This document shows, piece after piece, positions 48,643 through 58,398 of a DNA stretch of 64,000 nucleotides. The stretch lies in the IMG/VR virus record IMGVR_UViG_3300020492_000001, positions 12,305 through 76,304 of that record; one strand, written 5' to 3'. The notes below the pieces were generated by a model that saw only the letters and a program-made list of their open reading frames with translations, was not told where the DNA came from and ran no database searches. The translations under genes were made by a program, and so were the position numbers. Every line of letters begins with the position of its first letter. Within the stretch, counting starts at the first letter, position 1. Source of the stretch: a virus. Lineage: Duplodnaviria > Caudoviricetes.

Positions 48643-49500
48643 ATGGCAAAGAAAGAAAAAGTAACACTACAAAAATTGATAGTACAAACTCCTGAGTTAA
48701 AGTCATCTCTTCTTAAATTCGAGAATGTAAAATTACAACTCGACAAAGCGGCTGAAACTTGTCTACAAATCAAAGTAACTGATGAGAACAGTCTAGCTGT
48801 TTGCGAGAATCAAATGGGTAAAGTGAACGAACTTATCAAAGCAGTAGAGTCTGTTAGAGTAGCTGAAAAGAAACCACACTTTGAGAGAGGTAAGGCTGTT
48901 GATGCGGCGGCGGCTTATGTATCAGAATCTTCAGAAGAAGCATTAAAGCATCTTAAAAATGAAAAGATAGCTTGGATTAGATTAGTTGAGACTGAGAATA
49001 AGCGTAAGCAAGATATTCAAGATAGTATTGAAAAAACTAAGCATTGGTGCCAATCAAGATTAGAAATGATTAAGGATTATGATAATTGTGATTATTGTAT
49101 TGTAAAGCTTAATGAATTATTAGGTAAACCCGAATCTTACCAAGAGTTTTATACTCAATTAGAAGAGATTGCAAGTAGTTATATCAGATTATTTAATCTA
49201 AAGAAACAAGAGTTTGCCGCTGAAAGCCCTGATGAATTAGAAGCTATTAAAGAAGTCCAAGCAGAAATAAAACAAAATATCGAATCAGCGGACGTTCCTA
49301 AAGTTGAAGTAGAAGTTATATCTAAAATTCGCAGACCATGGTGCTTTGAAATAGTAGATATTAACCTAGTTCCTAAAGAGTTCTTAATGGTAGACGAGAG
49401 TAAAGTAAAAGAGTATTTAAAAGCTAATTCTGAGTCATTAGAAGATGGTAAAATAGTAAATGGTATTAAGTATTACAAAGATTTAAAAGTAACCGTGTAA
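48643..49500 (+). CDS. Coiled-coil protein (Gp157/Gam-like C-terminal motif)
   Basis: Long coil ending in WCFEIVDINLVPKEFLMVDESKV...VNGIKYY. Confidence 0.55.
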   Translation: MAKKEKVTLQKLIVQTPELKSSLLKFENVKLQLDKAAETCLQIKVTDENSLAVCENQMGKVNELIKAVESVRVAEKKPHFERGKAVDAAAAYVSESSEEALKHLKNEKIAWIRLVETENKRKQDIQDSIEKTKHWCQSRLEMIKDYDNCDYCIVKLNELLGKPESYQEFYTQLEEIASSYIRLFNLKKQEFAAESPDELEAIKEVQAEIKQNIESADVPKVEVEVISKIRRPWCFEIVDINLVPKEFLMVDESKVKEYLKANSESLEDGKIVNGIKYYKDLKVTV

Positions 49501-49766
49501 TGCTAAACGCTCAACTAATACATAAACTAAAAGATAAGCATCCTAAGTACACTGAGGAACAGATAAGACTTGTTATTATGCGACACGTTGGCGCTATGAA
49601 TATCATGTTTTCTAAATCTGAGACGTTCAAAATAACTATTAATAAATTAGGAACTATCCACACGCACGGTAATGCAGTAAGCAGAGCTAAAATAGTAGAT
49701 AGAAAGTACCACAGGAAGAATATGAATAAGTTAAGTAATTTCACAGATAGAGCATTATTATTTTAA
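49500..49766 (+). CDS. HU/IHF-like small basic protein
   Basis: Helix-helix then ITINKLGT pattern. Confidence 0.4.
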   Translation: MLNAQLIHKLKDKHPKYTEEQIRLVIMRHVGAMNIMFSKSETFKITINKLGTIHTHGNAVSRAKIVDRKYHRKNMNKLSNFTDRALLF

Positions 49767-49850
49767 ATTCCTTGCATATTTTAATCAAAGTGTGTAACTT
49801 TACATCAAGAAATTAAGTATAAATAGTATAAACCATAAAAACAAAAACAA

Positions 49851-50609
49851 ATGTCAAGAAGTAATCCAACAAACAACGCCGTAAACCCATCTTCAAAATT
49901 TATCGAATGGAGTGGCTCGGAAGGAAAATTTAAGTACTACGATAAAGAAAAGAAGGAAAATGTATTCATTGAATTACCTTTCTACTTTCTGCCGTTAGAT
50001 CAATTATCTACAACTAAAGGTTATGATGAGAAAGCAGGATTAGGATTCTATTCAAATGAAATTCGTAACACTAAAACTGATATGCTAACAGTTCGTACAA
50101 AGAACGGAGTAGTTATGACAGGCTTATACGAAAACGTAAAAGAGAAGTTGTCATCTCGTGGACTTGACTACGTTCAATCTGTATATGTAGCTATTAAAGA
50201 AGGCAAGAATTATGTATTAGCTAACTTACAATTAAAAGGTTCTGCATTAGGACCATACATTGAGTTCTGCAAAGGTAAAAAGATGAGTGAGATTGGAGTA
50301 TCTGTTAAAAAAGCTAATCCAATGAAGAAAGGAGCTACTAAGTATTTTGAGCCAGTGTATGAGATTTTAAAAGTATCTGAAGAAGCTAATGATGCGGCTG
50401 TAGAATTAGATAGAGAGCTACAAGAATACTTAACTCCTTATTTAGCTAAGAATGCTTCTACGGTAGCGGCAGGTGAAGTTGTGGATGCTAATCAAGACAA
50501 TGGATTAAACTCTAAATCTAAGTCTGCTCCTAAGTCAGAAGTTAAGATTGAAGCTGAAAAAGATATTGTTTTCAATCCAGCAGATGAAGACGATGATGAA
50601 GCGTTCTAA
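49851..50609 (+). CDS. ssDNA-binding protein-like
   Basis: Beta-rich core, acidic tail ending DEDDDEAF. Confidence 0.55.
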   Translation: MSRSNPTNNAVNPSSKFIEWSGSEGKFKYYDKEKKENVFIELPFYFLPLDQLSTTKGYDEKAGLGFYSNEIRNTKTDMLTVRTKNGVVMTGLYENVKEKLSSRGLDYVQSVYVAIKEGKNYVLANLQLKGSALGPYIEFCKGKKMSEIGVSVKKANPMKKGATKYFEPVYEILKVSEEANDAAVELDRELQEYLTPYLAKNASTVAAGEVVDANQDNGLNSKSKSAPKSEVKIEAEKDIVFNPADEDDDEAF

Positions 50610-50747
50610 TTTAATCTATCCGTTCTAAAGGCGGAAACACTTTGCGAGGGCTAACTCGTTTACTAGTGTAGATTTGATAGCAAGTAGCCCGAAACATATT
50701 TTAACCGAAACGAGTTGGCTGCTTGTAAAAACCATAGATAAATTAGA

Positions 50748-51215
50748 ATGGCAAATATTACCATAAAACATTTCGGACGCGTCCTTCCAAACGGAAACAT
50801 TAGTTTTTACAATGTAGATTTATGGCAAGAGCAAAGAGAATCCTTAGCAGGAAAAGAGTTTGAGTTAACTATTAAAGAGCGCCATAAGCGTCCTAGTGTA
50901 TCTCAATTCGGATATTATTGGGGAGCTATACTAAAGACTTGTTTACAGAATGAATCTTTTAGTCACTATACAACAGTTGAGGAACTACATAAAGAAGTAA
51001 TGGCTCCAATGTTTTTGTGCTATCAAATAAGAGTAGTAGTAGGTAAAAAGAAATACGATAAGCACATGGTTAAGAGTTTAACAGAGTTGAATAAGAAAGA
51101 AACATCTGAATTTATCGACAATGTTCTCAACTTTGTGGCTCAAGAAGGAGTGATAGTATTATCTCCTGAGTCTTATACAGACCGCTATTACAGAGAAATT
51201 ACAATAAAAGAATAG
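50748..51215 (+). CDS. NinB/YbcN-like recombination protein
   Basis: RPSVSQFGYYWGAI...ELHKEV...SLTELNKKETSEFIDNV. Confidence 0.6.
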   Translation: MANITIKHFGRVLPNGNISFYNVDLWQEQRESLAGKEFELTIKERHKRPSVSQFGYYWGAILKTCLQNESFSHYTTVEELHKEVMAPMFLCYQIRVVVGKKKYDKHMVKSLTELNKKETSEFIDNVLNFVAQEGVIVLSPESYTDRYYREITIKE

Positions 51216-51217
51216 AT

Positions 51218-51400
51218 ATGAAAGAAACTTGCACAATAGAAAAAGTATTATGGGGCAACACTAATAATACATGGAAGCCAACATCTTATTACAGCTTTGA
51301 TTCATTTGAAAAAGCAAAAGAGTTTTTAAATAATGATAAAGATTATTTATTTTCAAAACTACATACTTATAACGTATCAGTAAAAATAATTAACTATTAA
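51218..51400 (+). CDS. Hypothetical protein
   Basis: 60-aa ORF. Confidence 0.45.
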   Translation: MKETCTIEKVLWGNTNNTWKPTSYYSFDSFEKAKEFLNNDKDYLFSKLHTYNVSVKIINY

Positions 51401-51412
51401 ACCAAAACATAT

Positions 51413-51676
51413 ATGAAACCAACAGCATCAATCGCTAAAGAAGCAAAAACAAAAGACGGAAGAAACATCATTGTTACTATTGATACTTTCAAAGAACCAA
51501 TAGGGAGAAACGCCGATGGAGAATTTTTTAACCTCCAAACATTTGTTGATCGTAAAACTAAATTAGAAATCGGAAGACTTACTTTTCCTAAAACTACAAA
51601 TGATTTACTAGAGAAACAATTAGATATAGCTATTAACAACATAGATGAATACTTAGATGTCATTAGTAAAGGATAG
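51413..51676 (+). CDS. Hypothetical protein
   Basis: 87-aa ORF. Confidence 0.55.
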   Translation: MKPTASIAKEAKTKDGRNIIVTIDTFKEPIGRNADGEFFNLQTFVDRKTKLEIGRLTFPKTTNDLLEKQLDIAINNIDEYLDVISKG

Positions 51677-51968
51677 TAAAGTCTTAAAGAAGCATATCCA
51701 CGATAGGCTGAAAGAGTTATATCCGTCCAATGTAGGATTTGGATTTAAGAACTCGGCGGTTGTGTTAGATGCTTCTGAAAGACGATTCAAGATAGCTCCA
51801 GAGCAGTTATCAAGATACTTTAGTGATAAGCCTCAAAAGAATACACTAAGTGAAGCTCAGATTATATGGTTAGCAGTAAGATATGGTATTAATATACAAT
51901 TACTTGTTACTTCTCCTAAATTTGATGAAGCAGAGGCTCTTAAAAAACTTAAATTAATATTTGGATAA
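51657..51968 (+). CDS. Hypothetical protein (possible HTH)
   Basis: IAPEQLSRYF helix-turn-helix-like segment. Confidence 0.5.
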   Translation: MSLVKDSKVLKKHIHDRLKELYPSNVGFGFKNSAVVLDASERRFKIAPEQLSRYFSDKPQKNTLSEAQIIWLAVRYGINIQLLVTSPKFDEAEALKKLKLIFG

Positions 51969-52531
51969 TGGCTAAGAAACTAGGTTTTACAATAGAGAGA
52001 TTAGAAGCTATGGGACTTACTCGTAACGAAGATGGAACTTATAGTAAAAAGAAAGCTGCATCTGTTAGTGGAATTGAAGTAAAAGAACCTATCTCTATTG
52101 TCCGACAAAAGGTAAATGATAGTCCTGATTTTGAACATAAGATAAATACTGAGTGGTTTATTACTTACAACGTTCCATCTAAAAAGAATAGCCGAATAAA
52201 CTTTGTTAGAAATGGAAAGCAGATTAGTTTACCTAGTGCAAATCATAAGAAGTATAAAGATGTGACTAAAATGCAATACAATATCTTTGGAATTGAATTT
52301 AGGAATGCTATTGAACATTATGGATTAAAACCACCATTTAAAGTTGAATTTACATTTGTAAGGGGAAGCAAGCATAGGTTTGATTATTGTAATGCGGCTC
52401 AAACTTGCGAAGATTTATTCACTGAAAATAATTGGATTGAAGATGATTCTGCGGATTTTCTGATTCCATCTTTTAAGCCATATCAATACGATAAAAATAA
52501 TCCAGGAGTTCACATTAAACTTTTAAAATAA
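51968..52531 (+). CDS. RusA-like Holliday junction resolvase
   Basis: VPSKKNS, RFDYCNAAQTCEDL, IEDDS. Confidence 0.65.
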   Translation: MAKKLGFTIERLEAMGLTRNEDGTYSKKKAASVSGIEVKEPISIVRQKVNDSPDFEHKINTEWFITYNVPSKKNSRINFVRNGKQISLPSANHKKYKDVTKMQYNIFGIEFRNAIEHYGLKPPFKVEFTFVRGSKHRFDYCNAAQTCEDLFTENNWIEDDSADFLIPSFKPYQYDKNNPGVHIKLLK

Positions 52532-52532
52532 T

Positions 52533-53003
52533 ATGTTTCAACCACATCACGGAATTTGCGTAAAATGCGATAAAGAAGGTATTATAGCTGTTAAAAAAGG
52601 CTATTGTCAAAGATGTAATTACGAACTTAAACAAGCTAAAAAGAAATCGGAAGGTAAATCAGTAGCTAAAAAACAAGTATTTAAAGCTACAGGAGAAAAA
52701 GATGTATTCCAAGTTATATTAGATTCATTTGAGGATAATCCTATTACTTGCTTTGTGTGCGGAAAAAGACTTAGCCTTGTGACTCATTCAAACTTTGCTC
52801 ATATACTCAGAAAAGGCAGGTATGAGAGATTTAGACTTAATCTTGATAATATCAGAATAATGTGTTATAATATACAAGGAACTGGGTGTCATAGTATTTT
52901 CGATAACAATCCGCGAAGTGAAATAATCAATAAACCTGAGTGGCAGAAAGTATTTGAATTAGAAGATAGATTAAAACAAGAATATAATTCAAAAATGAAT
53001 TAA
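52533..53003 (+). CDS. NinG/HNH-like nuclease
   Basis: CxxC pairs, FAHIL, FRLNLDNIRIMC...CH. Confidence 0.6.
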   Translation: MFQPHHGICVKCDKEGIIAVKKGYCQRCNYELKQAKKKSEGKSVAKKQVFKATGEKDVFQVILDSFEDNPITCFVCGKRLSLVTHSNFAHILRKGRYERFRLNLDNIRIMCYNIQGTGCHSIFDNNPRSEIINKPEWQKVFELEDRLKQEYNSKMN

Positions 53004-53059
53004 AAATGTAACCTTTTGAATTAATATTCGTACAAATACTTAAATCAAAACTAAACATC

Positions 53060-53263
53060 ATGAATAACGTTGGTCTTATAATAAAAAACTCTTACTGTAA
53101 TGGATTCTTTGGAAGAAGATATGATCTTTGTGATTCAGTTATAGAATCAGAAGGTAAAGATTGGGTTGTGATAAGGATAAATGAGCAAGAGTGCGAATTT
53201 GCATTTTTTAAACATGGAGATAAGCAAGAATGTATTGATAGTTGGTGTGAAGAATTTGAATAA
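53060..53263 (+). CDS. Hypothetical protein
   Basis: After the promoter motif at 53008. Confidence 0.55.
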   Translation: MNNVGLIIKNSYCNGFFGRRYDLCDSVIESEGKDWVVIRINEQECEFAFFKHGDKQECIDSWCEEFE

Positions 53264-53282
53264 TAACTAAAACCAAATAAAC

Positions 53283-53576
53283 ATGAAACAAACAATCGAA
53301 AAAGTAGTACAATGGGCTAAGGATAAAGACCTATTGAAAAAAGAAAATTCATTTGCACAAATGGCAAAGGTAACCGAGGAAGTAGGAGAAGTAGCATCTG
53401 CTTTATTGAAGAAGAATACCCCTAAATTAATTGATGGCATAGGTGATGTAATGGTTACTTTAATTATACTCGCAGAGCAGAATCAATTAAGAATAGAAGA
53501 CTGTTTGGAAGCTGCATGGGTAGAAATATCTAATAGAAGTGGAAAGACTGTAGACGGTACATTTATCAAAGATTAG
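53283..53576 (+). CDS. MazG-like nucleotide pyrophosphohydrolase
   Basis: KVTEEVGEVA...DGIGDVMVTLI...CLEAAWVEI. Confidence 0.85.
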   Translation: MKQTIEKVVQWAKDKDLLKKENSFAQMAKVTEEVGEVASALLKKNTPKLIDGIGDVMVTLIILAEQNQLRIEDCLEAAWVEISNRSGKTVDGTFIKD

Positions 53577-53657
53577 TTTAAACAATTAAAATGATTGATT
53601 AATTTGTAACCTTTTATATTAAGTATCGTATAAACTTTAAATCAAAAACAAATAATT

Positions 53658-53903
53658 ATGAAACACTTATTAATTTTAGTCCTATTTGTAGGATGTCAAA
53701 AGAAAACTACTGCTCCAAGCAGCACAACACAAACAACAACTTCAAAAGTATATTGTTGGTATCAAATGGGTTTCAACAACTCTTTTATATTCTATAAATG
53801 CACCTCAACGGATGCAGAATATCAAGCCACTTCAAACTATGGAGCAACTAATCAAATGAACCTAACTGTTATAGAAAAAAACAGTTGCAATGAATGTCAA
53901 TAA
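53658..53903 (+). CDS. Putative lipoprotein
   Basis: Lipobox LFVGC; Cys-containing. Confidence 0.55.
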   Translation: MKHLLILVLFVGCQKKTTAPSSTTQTTTSKVYCWYQMGFNNSFIFYKCTSTDAEYQATSNYGATNQMNLTVIEKNSCNECQ

Positions 53904-54184
53904 TGATAAACATAATACATCCTTCAGCCGATAAAGACATTAACAAAGAAATCTTAGAAAACAAAACAAATGATAGTTCTGAGTTAATCTATGTTAAAGA
54001 ACCTTATCCATTCTCTACTACTAAGCAGTTAGATTGGATACTAGCTGATGATATTCAGCAAGTCCGTAATTGGAAAAACAAAGTAATAGAAATCCGAGAT
54101 AAACACAAAGGAGATTATCTTTATGAAATATGGGATTCAGAAGCAAAGCGAATAGTGGATTTTCTAAATAGATTTTACGCTTAA
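53894..54184 (+). CDS. Hypothetical protein
   Basis: 96-aa ORF. Confidence 0.5.
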   Translation: MSIMINIIHPSADKDINKEILENKTNDSSELIYVKEPYPFSTTKQLDWILADDIQQVRNWKNKVIEIRDKHKGDYLYEIWDSEAKRIVDFLNRFYA

Positions 54185-54343
54185 TATTTTGATAATAAAT
54201 ACAAATAGTTTAATTTTATAACCAAACAAAAACAGAAAAAATGAGTAAATTAAAAATGTCAAAACGAGCCGATTGCTTAAAAGCATGGATGACAGAAAAC
54301 AAATTCCCAAAAGTTAAATTAACAACAACACAGCCAACTACTT

Positions 54344-54877
54344 ATGGAAAGTATTAATCAGCAATTAGCAAAAAGAATCCAAGCAATAAAAGTACCATTG
54401 GATTTAGTTAAAAGTAATGTAAACGTTATTCCATTAGGTAAATCAGTTTTATTACAGCGCGTTAAAGGCGGAGAAAGAAAGTCTGAAACAGGATTAATCA
54501 TTCCTGATGCAGTTAGTACTCAAGAGTTCACTGCTAGAATCATAGCATTAGGCCCTGAGTGTTCTGATTATCTTAAAGTAGGATTATTAGTGATTTACAA
54601 TTCAATGGCTAACCTAGAGTCTATTATCAATGGTAAGCCTTATTTAATGACACATGAGAGTTCTATTTATTACATTGTATTAGATGAAGAGGCTCAAGTA
54701 AAAGCAGCTCCAGAGTCATCGGAACAGAAACGTAGAAATGCTAAAATACAAACGCAAGCAGCCACATTAAAACGTGTAGATAAAGCTCAAGCTAACCAAG
54801 AAGATGCTTATGAAGAGAAGTTGAAAGCTAGAAAAAAGACAATTTTCGCAGTTACTAAACAATCTAAAAAGAAGTAA
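54344..54877 (+). CDS. GroES-like co-chaperonin with C-terminal extension
   Basis: IPLGKSVLLQR, SETGLIIPD, IIALGP. Confidence 0.75.
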   Translation: MESINQQLAKRIQAIKVPLDLVKSNVNVIPLGKSVLLQRVKGGERKSETGLIIPDAVSTQEFTARIIALGPECSDYLKVGLLVIYNSMANLESIINGKPYLMTHESSIYYIVLDEEAQVKAAPESSEQKRRNAKIQTQAATLKRVDKAQANQEDAYEEKLKARKKTIFAVTKQSKKK

Positions 54878-55273
54878 ATGAGCAAAATATCTGCTGAAGA
54901 ACTAGCAAAACAATTAAATGGATTTGACGTAGATGATAGCTTTACTAAAAGTGTTATTAACTCAGCTAAATACAGTAATCTAGTCATAGTGTCTGCTATT
55001 GGTGATGATACTATAATTTTTAGTGGTTCTTTAAAAGATGAGTTTGATTTACTTCACGGCGGACAGATATTCATGGCTAAAGAAGGAGATGAGTTCGTCC
55101 CTTATACTAAGCAGTGTCCTAATAAGTCAAGAAAGGTAATAGAAGTATTTTGGGATAAGCATAGTATATTCAAATGGAAGTTTTTAACTACTATAAAGCA
55201 CGTTCAATATGATTTAAAAAAAGACGGTAAAAGCTTTTGTAAAGGAATTATATTTAGCCTAAATGATGTTTAA
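54878..55273 (+). CDS. Hypothetical protein
   Basis: 131-aa ORF, last of the rightward block. Confidence 0.6.
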   Translation: MSKISAEELAKQLNGFDVDDSFTKSVINSAKYSNLVIVSAIGDDTIIFSGSLKDEFDLLHGGQIFMAKEGDEFVPYTKQCPNKSRKVIEVFWDKHSIFKWKFLTTIKHVQYDLKKDGKSFCKGIIFSLNDV

Positions 55274-55375
55274 AACATTGGTCACAGACGTGTGAATCGT
55301 AAAAATGAGATGCGTTTAATCTATTCCTAAATAAATTAAAGCCCACTAGCTCATCTGAATCGTAAGTCAGTAATT

Positions 55376-55402
55376 AACCCTCCCTAAAAAAGAGGGTTTT
55401 TT
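55376..55402 (+). terminator. Intrinsic terminator between convergent blocks
   Basis: AACCCTC/GAGGGTT stem plus T-run. Confidence 0.7.
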
Positions 55403-55491
55403 ATTATTCTATAGCTAACTATTATTCAGTCCATTTATTAATATAATTCATGGCTGATTTTAACGATTCTATACTTTCATTCATTAACCTA

Positions 55492-56100
55492 CTACAAGGA
55501 GTCTTCTATAAACTCTATTGAAATAGATATAGCGTTACCCGCATTAGTTCTGCCATTGTAATTTAAACATAAACATTGGTCGGCTCCTCTTAAAACAATA
55601 GCTTTAGAAGCTCTATCTCCAAATAACATTTTTAATGCGTATGGTTGAGTTTTTGATGTACTTAAAAATAATTTATGAGAAATTATATCACCAACAGATG
55701 TACCTAATTTTTTTGAGTCAGCAGTATAAGCTTTTATAACTGATGTAGCTGGTTCATCTGAACTATCGTGAGGAACACTTGTTAAAGTTGTTGATGTTCC
55801 TTCTTCATTTAATGTAGACCGCTTTACAACTGTAATATCTGTAACTGCATCTCCATTAGCTGTACCTATCACTTCTATTTTAGTTACACGGATTGTTTTA
55901 GTAGCACTTCCTGTTATCATAATAAAATCAGTAGCCGCTGCCGCAACAACAAGTCCTGTTATAGAAGCTGAATATGTTTTAGAAACGCCATCAATAGTTT
56001 TAACTAAAGAAGCATCTGTATTATATTGTGTAACTCTACCTGCTTGAGAAGTTTGGTCTATTTTCCAAATATATCCTAATAAGTCTTTAATAATTGCCAT
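55492..56100 (-). CDS. Structural (tail-associated) protein
   Basis: T/A/G-rich beta protein at the end of the structural operon. Confidence 0.5.
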   Translation of the reverse strand: MAIIKDLLGYIWKIDQTSQAGRVTQYNTDASLVKTIDGVSKTYSASITGLVVAAAATDFIMITGSATKTIRVTKIEVIGTANGDAVTDITVVKRSTLNEEGTSTTLTSVPHDSSDEPATSVIKAYTADSKKLGTSVGDIISHKLFLSTSKTQPYALKMLFGDRASKAIVLRGADQCLCLNYNGRTNAGNAISISIEFIEDSL

Positions 56101-56105
56101 AATAT

Positions 56106-56633
56106 TTAATTTATTGAGTAGTTAATTTTAAATTTTCCTTCTAATGGACTTCCATCTGCTGCCGTTATAAACAAGTTAAATGTTTCTTCAGATGATACTC
56201 CTGCTTTAATTATTAAATCATCCATCTCTAATTCATCTAAATCTTTATCGGTTGGTTTAGAGTATGCTAATGATGCTAATATTAATGTATCTGATAATAT
56301 TCTACTGTCATATATAGTAAATTCTTTTTCAAATAATCCTTCGTTACCAAAATCAACCTCTACTTGTTTTATTTCAGATTTAGTATTTAATTCTGATACT
56401 TGACTAACTAATGACTCTACAGTTAATTGTTGTTGATATTCCTCTTGCTCAGCAGCCAACTGTTGCTTTCTTAACTCAGCCTTGTAATTATCTAAGTTGC
56501 CAGTAAGAATCCTTGTTAAAGCTCCGTTACTCACACCCTTATACATATAATTATCATCACAAAGATAAATTTTATCTAATGTGGCAGTTTTATCTTGCCA
56601 TATAGCATTTATCTGAGCTATTGTAAAAATCAT
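56106..56633 (-). CDS. Structural (tail-associated) protein
   Basis: Operonic, coil plus beta domain. Confidence 0.5.
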   Translation of the reverse strand: MIFTIAQINAIWQDKTATLDKIYLCDDNYMYKGVSNGALTRILTGNLDNYKAELRKQQLAAEQEEYQQQLTVESLVSQVSELNTKSEIKQVEVDFGNEGLFEKEFTIYDSRILSDTLILASLAYSKPTDKDLDELEMDDLIIKAGVSSEETFNLFITAADGSPLEGKFKINYSIN

Positions 56634-57211
56634 TGTAATAGTTTATGTAATACTTCATACATTTTAGGTAAATCAGAGTTATCTATACAGTTATAGCAAG
56701 GAGGTGTAGTTACTTCACATACTCCTACAACAGTATTGGTTAAAATAAATGTATTAGTTATTTCTGATTTAGTTATTGATGCTGTAATATTTTTAGTGTC
56801 ACAAGGCATGATTAAAGTAAATGTACTACTGTCGCCATTATTTACTAATACATAATCATAGTCTAAGTCATTTAATATTTGTGACCACGCTGTAGGTTTA
56901 GATATCCCATCTGGAGTTGTAACAGATGATACTTGAACACCATCAACTATTAATTGTAATACGGTTCCTGTTAAGTAATCATTATTAGCTACAGTAAAAG
57001 TAAACTCTGCTGACACGGCATTGTCATATACAGGAGTTTCAAAACAAAAACACTCAAGTCTTCCTATAAGTTTTTGAGCCAAGTAAAGTTTATTAATACA
57101 ACATGATACATCCTCTCCATAAGACATTTTTTTTTGTAAAATATCTACAGCGCAAACGTAATTACACTTTGCATTAAGTAAAGTTACTCTATGATTAGTT
57201 TGAATATCCAT
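56630..57211 (-). CDS. Cys-rich tail-associated protein
   Basis: Operonic, Cys clusters. Confidence 0.5.
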   Translation of the reverse strand: MDIQTNHRVTLLNAKCNYVCAVDILQKKMSYGEDVSCCINKLYLAQKLIGRLECFCFETPVYDNAVSAEFTFTVANNDYLTGTVLQLIVDGVQVSSVTTPDGISKPTAWSQILNDLDYDYVLVNNGDSSTFTLIMPCDTKNITASITKSEITNTFILTNTVVGVCEVTTPPCYNCIDNSDLPKMYEVLHKLLQ

Positions 57212-57678
57212 TATAAAGCTATAATCCTATAAGTTAAATAAATGTCTACTGAGCTATTTCCTGCCGTAGGATTTCCAACAAGCGCACTTACATTAACTGC
57301 TGCATTAGATATTAATTGAGTCTCAGATGCCGTAGAACCAATAGCTAACCCATTTTGTATTTTTGTAATAGATGCTCCTAATAAGCCAGTAATAGTTTCT
57401 TGACTAACTGATGCTGTTGGAGAGCCTATACCTAACACTAAATTTGTAGCATAAGGAACAGTATTATAATTAATTCTAGCAGAACTTTTTATTACTTGTA
57501 TAGCTAAATTTACGCCAGGAGCAGCCACTAATTGTATAGGGGTAGTAAATAAAGCTAATATTTGAGCTGTCGTCAATGTTACTTTAGTAGTTAACACACT
57601 CGTGTTTCCAGAATCACCTTTTTCTCCTTTTGTTGTTGATGTGATATTACAACCACATTTACCTGAACATTTACACAT
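57211..57678 (-). CDS. Short fibre-like protein
   Basis: Cys-rich N-terminus, collagen-like KGEKGDSG, beta head. Confidence 0.5.
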   Translation of the reverse strand: MCKCSGKCGCNITSTTKGEKGDSGNTSVLTTKVTLTTAQILALFTTPIQLVAAPGVNLAIQVIKSSARINYNTVPYATNLVLGIGSPTASVSQETITGLLGASITKIQNGLAIGSTASETQLISNAAVNVSALVGNPTAGNSSVDIYLTYRIIAL

Positions 57679-57696
57679 ATTTAATATTTTTAATTT

Positions 57697-58368
57697 TTAA
57701 CAATCTGTACAATTACTATCACAAATCTCAGCAGCCTTATCTAACATACCTTGAGCTTTACTATCTTGTCCTACATTCATGGCGTATTTAGCGCCTTGTA
57801 ATAATACTTCTGATAGAATTAAGTTTTTTAATTTATCGTCAAAGCATCCGCAAGATAAGTCCATTTCTACATATTTATTCTCTATGCAACAATTTACTGA
57901 ACAACTAGACAAAGCTTCATCTGAAGTAGTATAAGAGAAAGGTAATTCTCCAATCAATCCACTGATAGTGTAATCCCATTTAAAGATACCATCAGCCATT
58001 TCAGGTAAAGTAACTCCATAAGCAGCTAAAGTAACATCAAAGTTAGTCAAAGGGAATACTGTAGATTCTAATAAAGCAGTAATATCTGTTACTGTTCCGT
58101 TTAAATCAGTGAATAAACATTCTTTAATAACGTGACTAGAAATAGTGAAATCAAAAGTAATAGGAGTAGTCATCGAAGGATAATAGACGTTTAATTGCGC
58201 GGAAGTAACATCGTCTAATGCTGCTCCATCTGTTAATCCATATCCAAACTCATTATACTCATCATTACATAATGTAACAAGAAATCCAGTTATGTCTGAG
58301 AACAAAAGCTGCGTGCAACCTTTCTCTATTTCGATACAACCTGTTAAATCTATTCTTTCTATTGCCAT
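57697..58368 (-). CDS. Tail hub-like Cys-rich structural protein
   Basis: CSVNCC...CGC, C-terminal ICDSNCTDC; follows the cargo gene. Confidence 0.45.
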   Translation of the reverse strand: MAIERIDLTGCIEIEKGCTQLLFSDITGFLVTLCNDEYNEFGYGLTDGAALDDVTSAQLNVYYPSMTTPITFDFTISSHVIKECLFTDLNGTVTDITALLESTVFPLTNFDVTLAAYGVTLPEMADGIFKWDYTISGLIGELPFSYTTSDEALSSCSVNCCIENKYVEMDLSCGCFDDKLKNLILSEVLLQGAKYAMNVGQDSKAQGMLDKAAEICDSNCTDC

Positions 58369-58398
58369 TTTATTACTTTTATACTGTAAATATATAGA

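Larger units (their letters stand above)
22861..53633. promoter_or_regulatory. Dispersed bipartite phage-type promoter GTAACCTTT-N12-14-(C/A)GT(A/T)(T/C)AA, 11 copies
   Basis: Plus: 26476, 32941, 37262, 40147, 48255, 53008, 53606. Minus: 22861-22889, 23286-23315, 31595-31623, 31985-32013. Intergenic and oriented towards the adjacent gene start. Confidence 0.7.
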
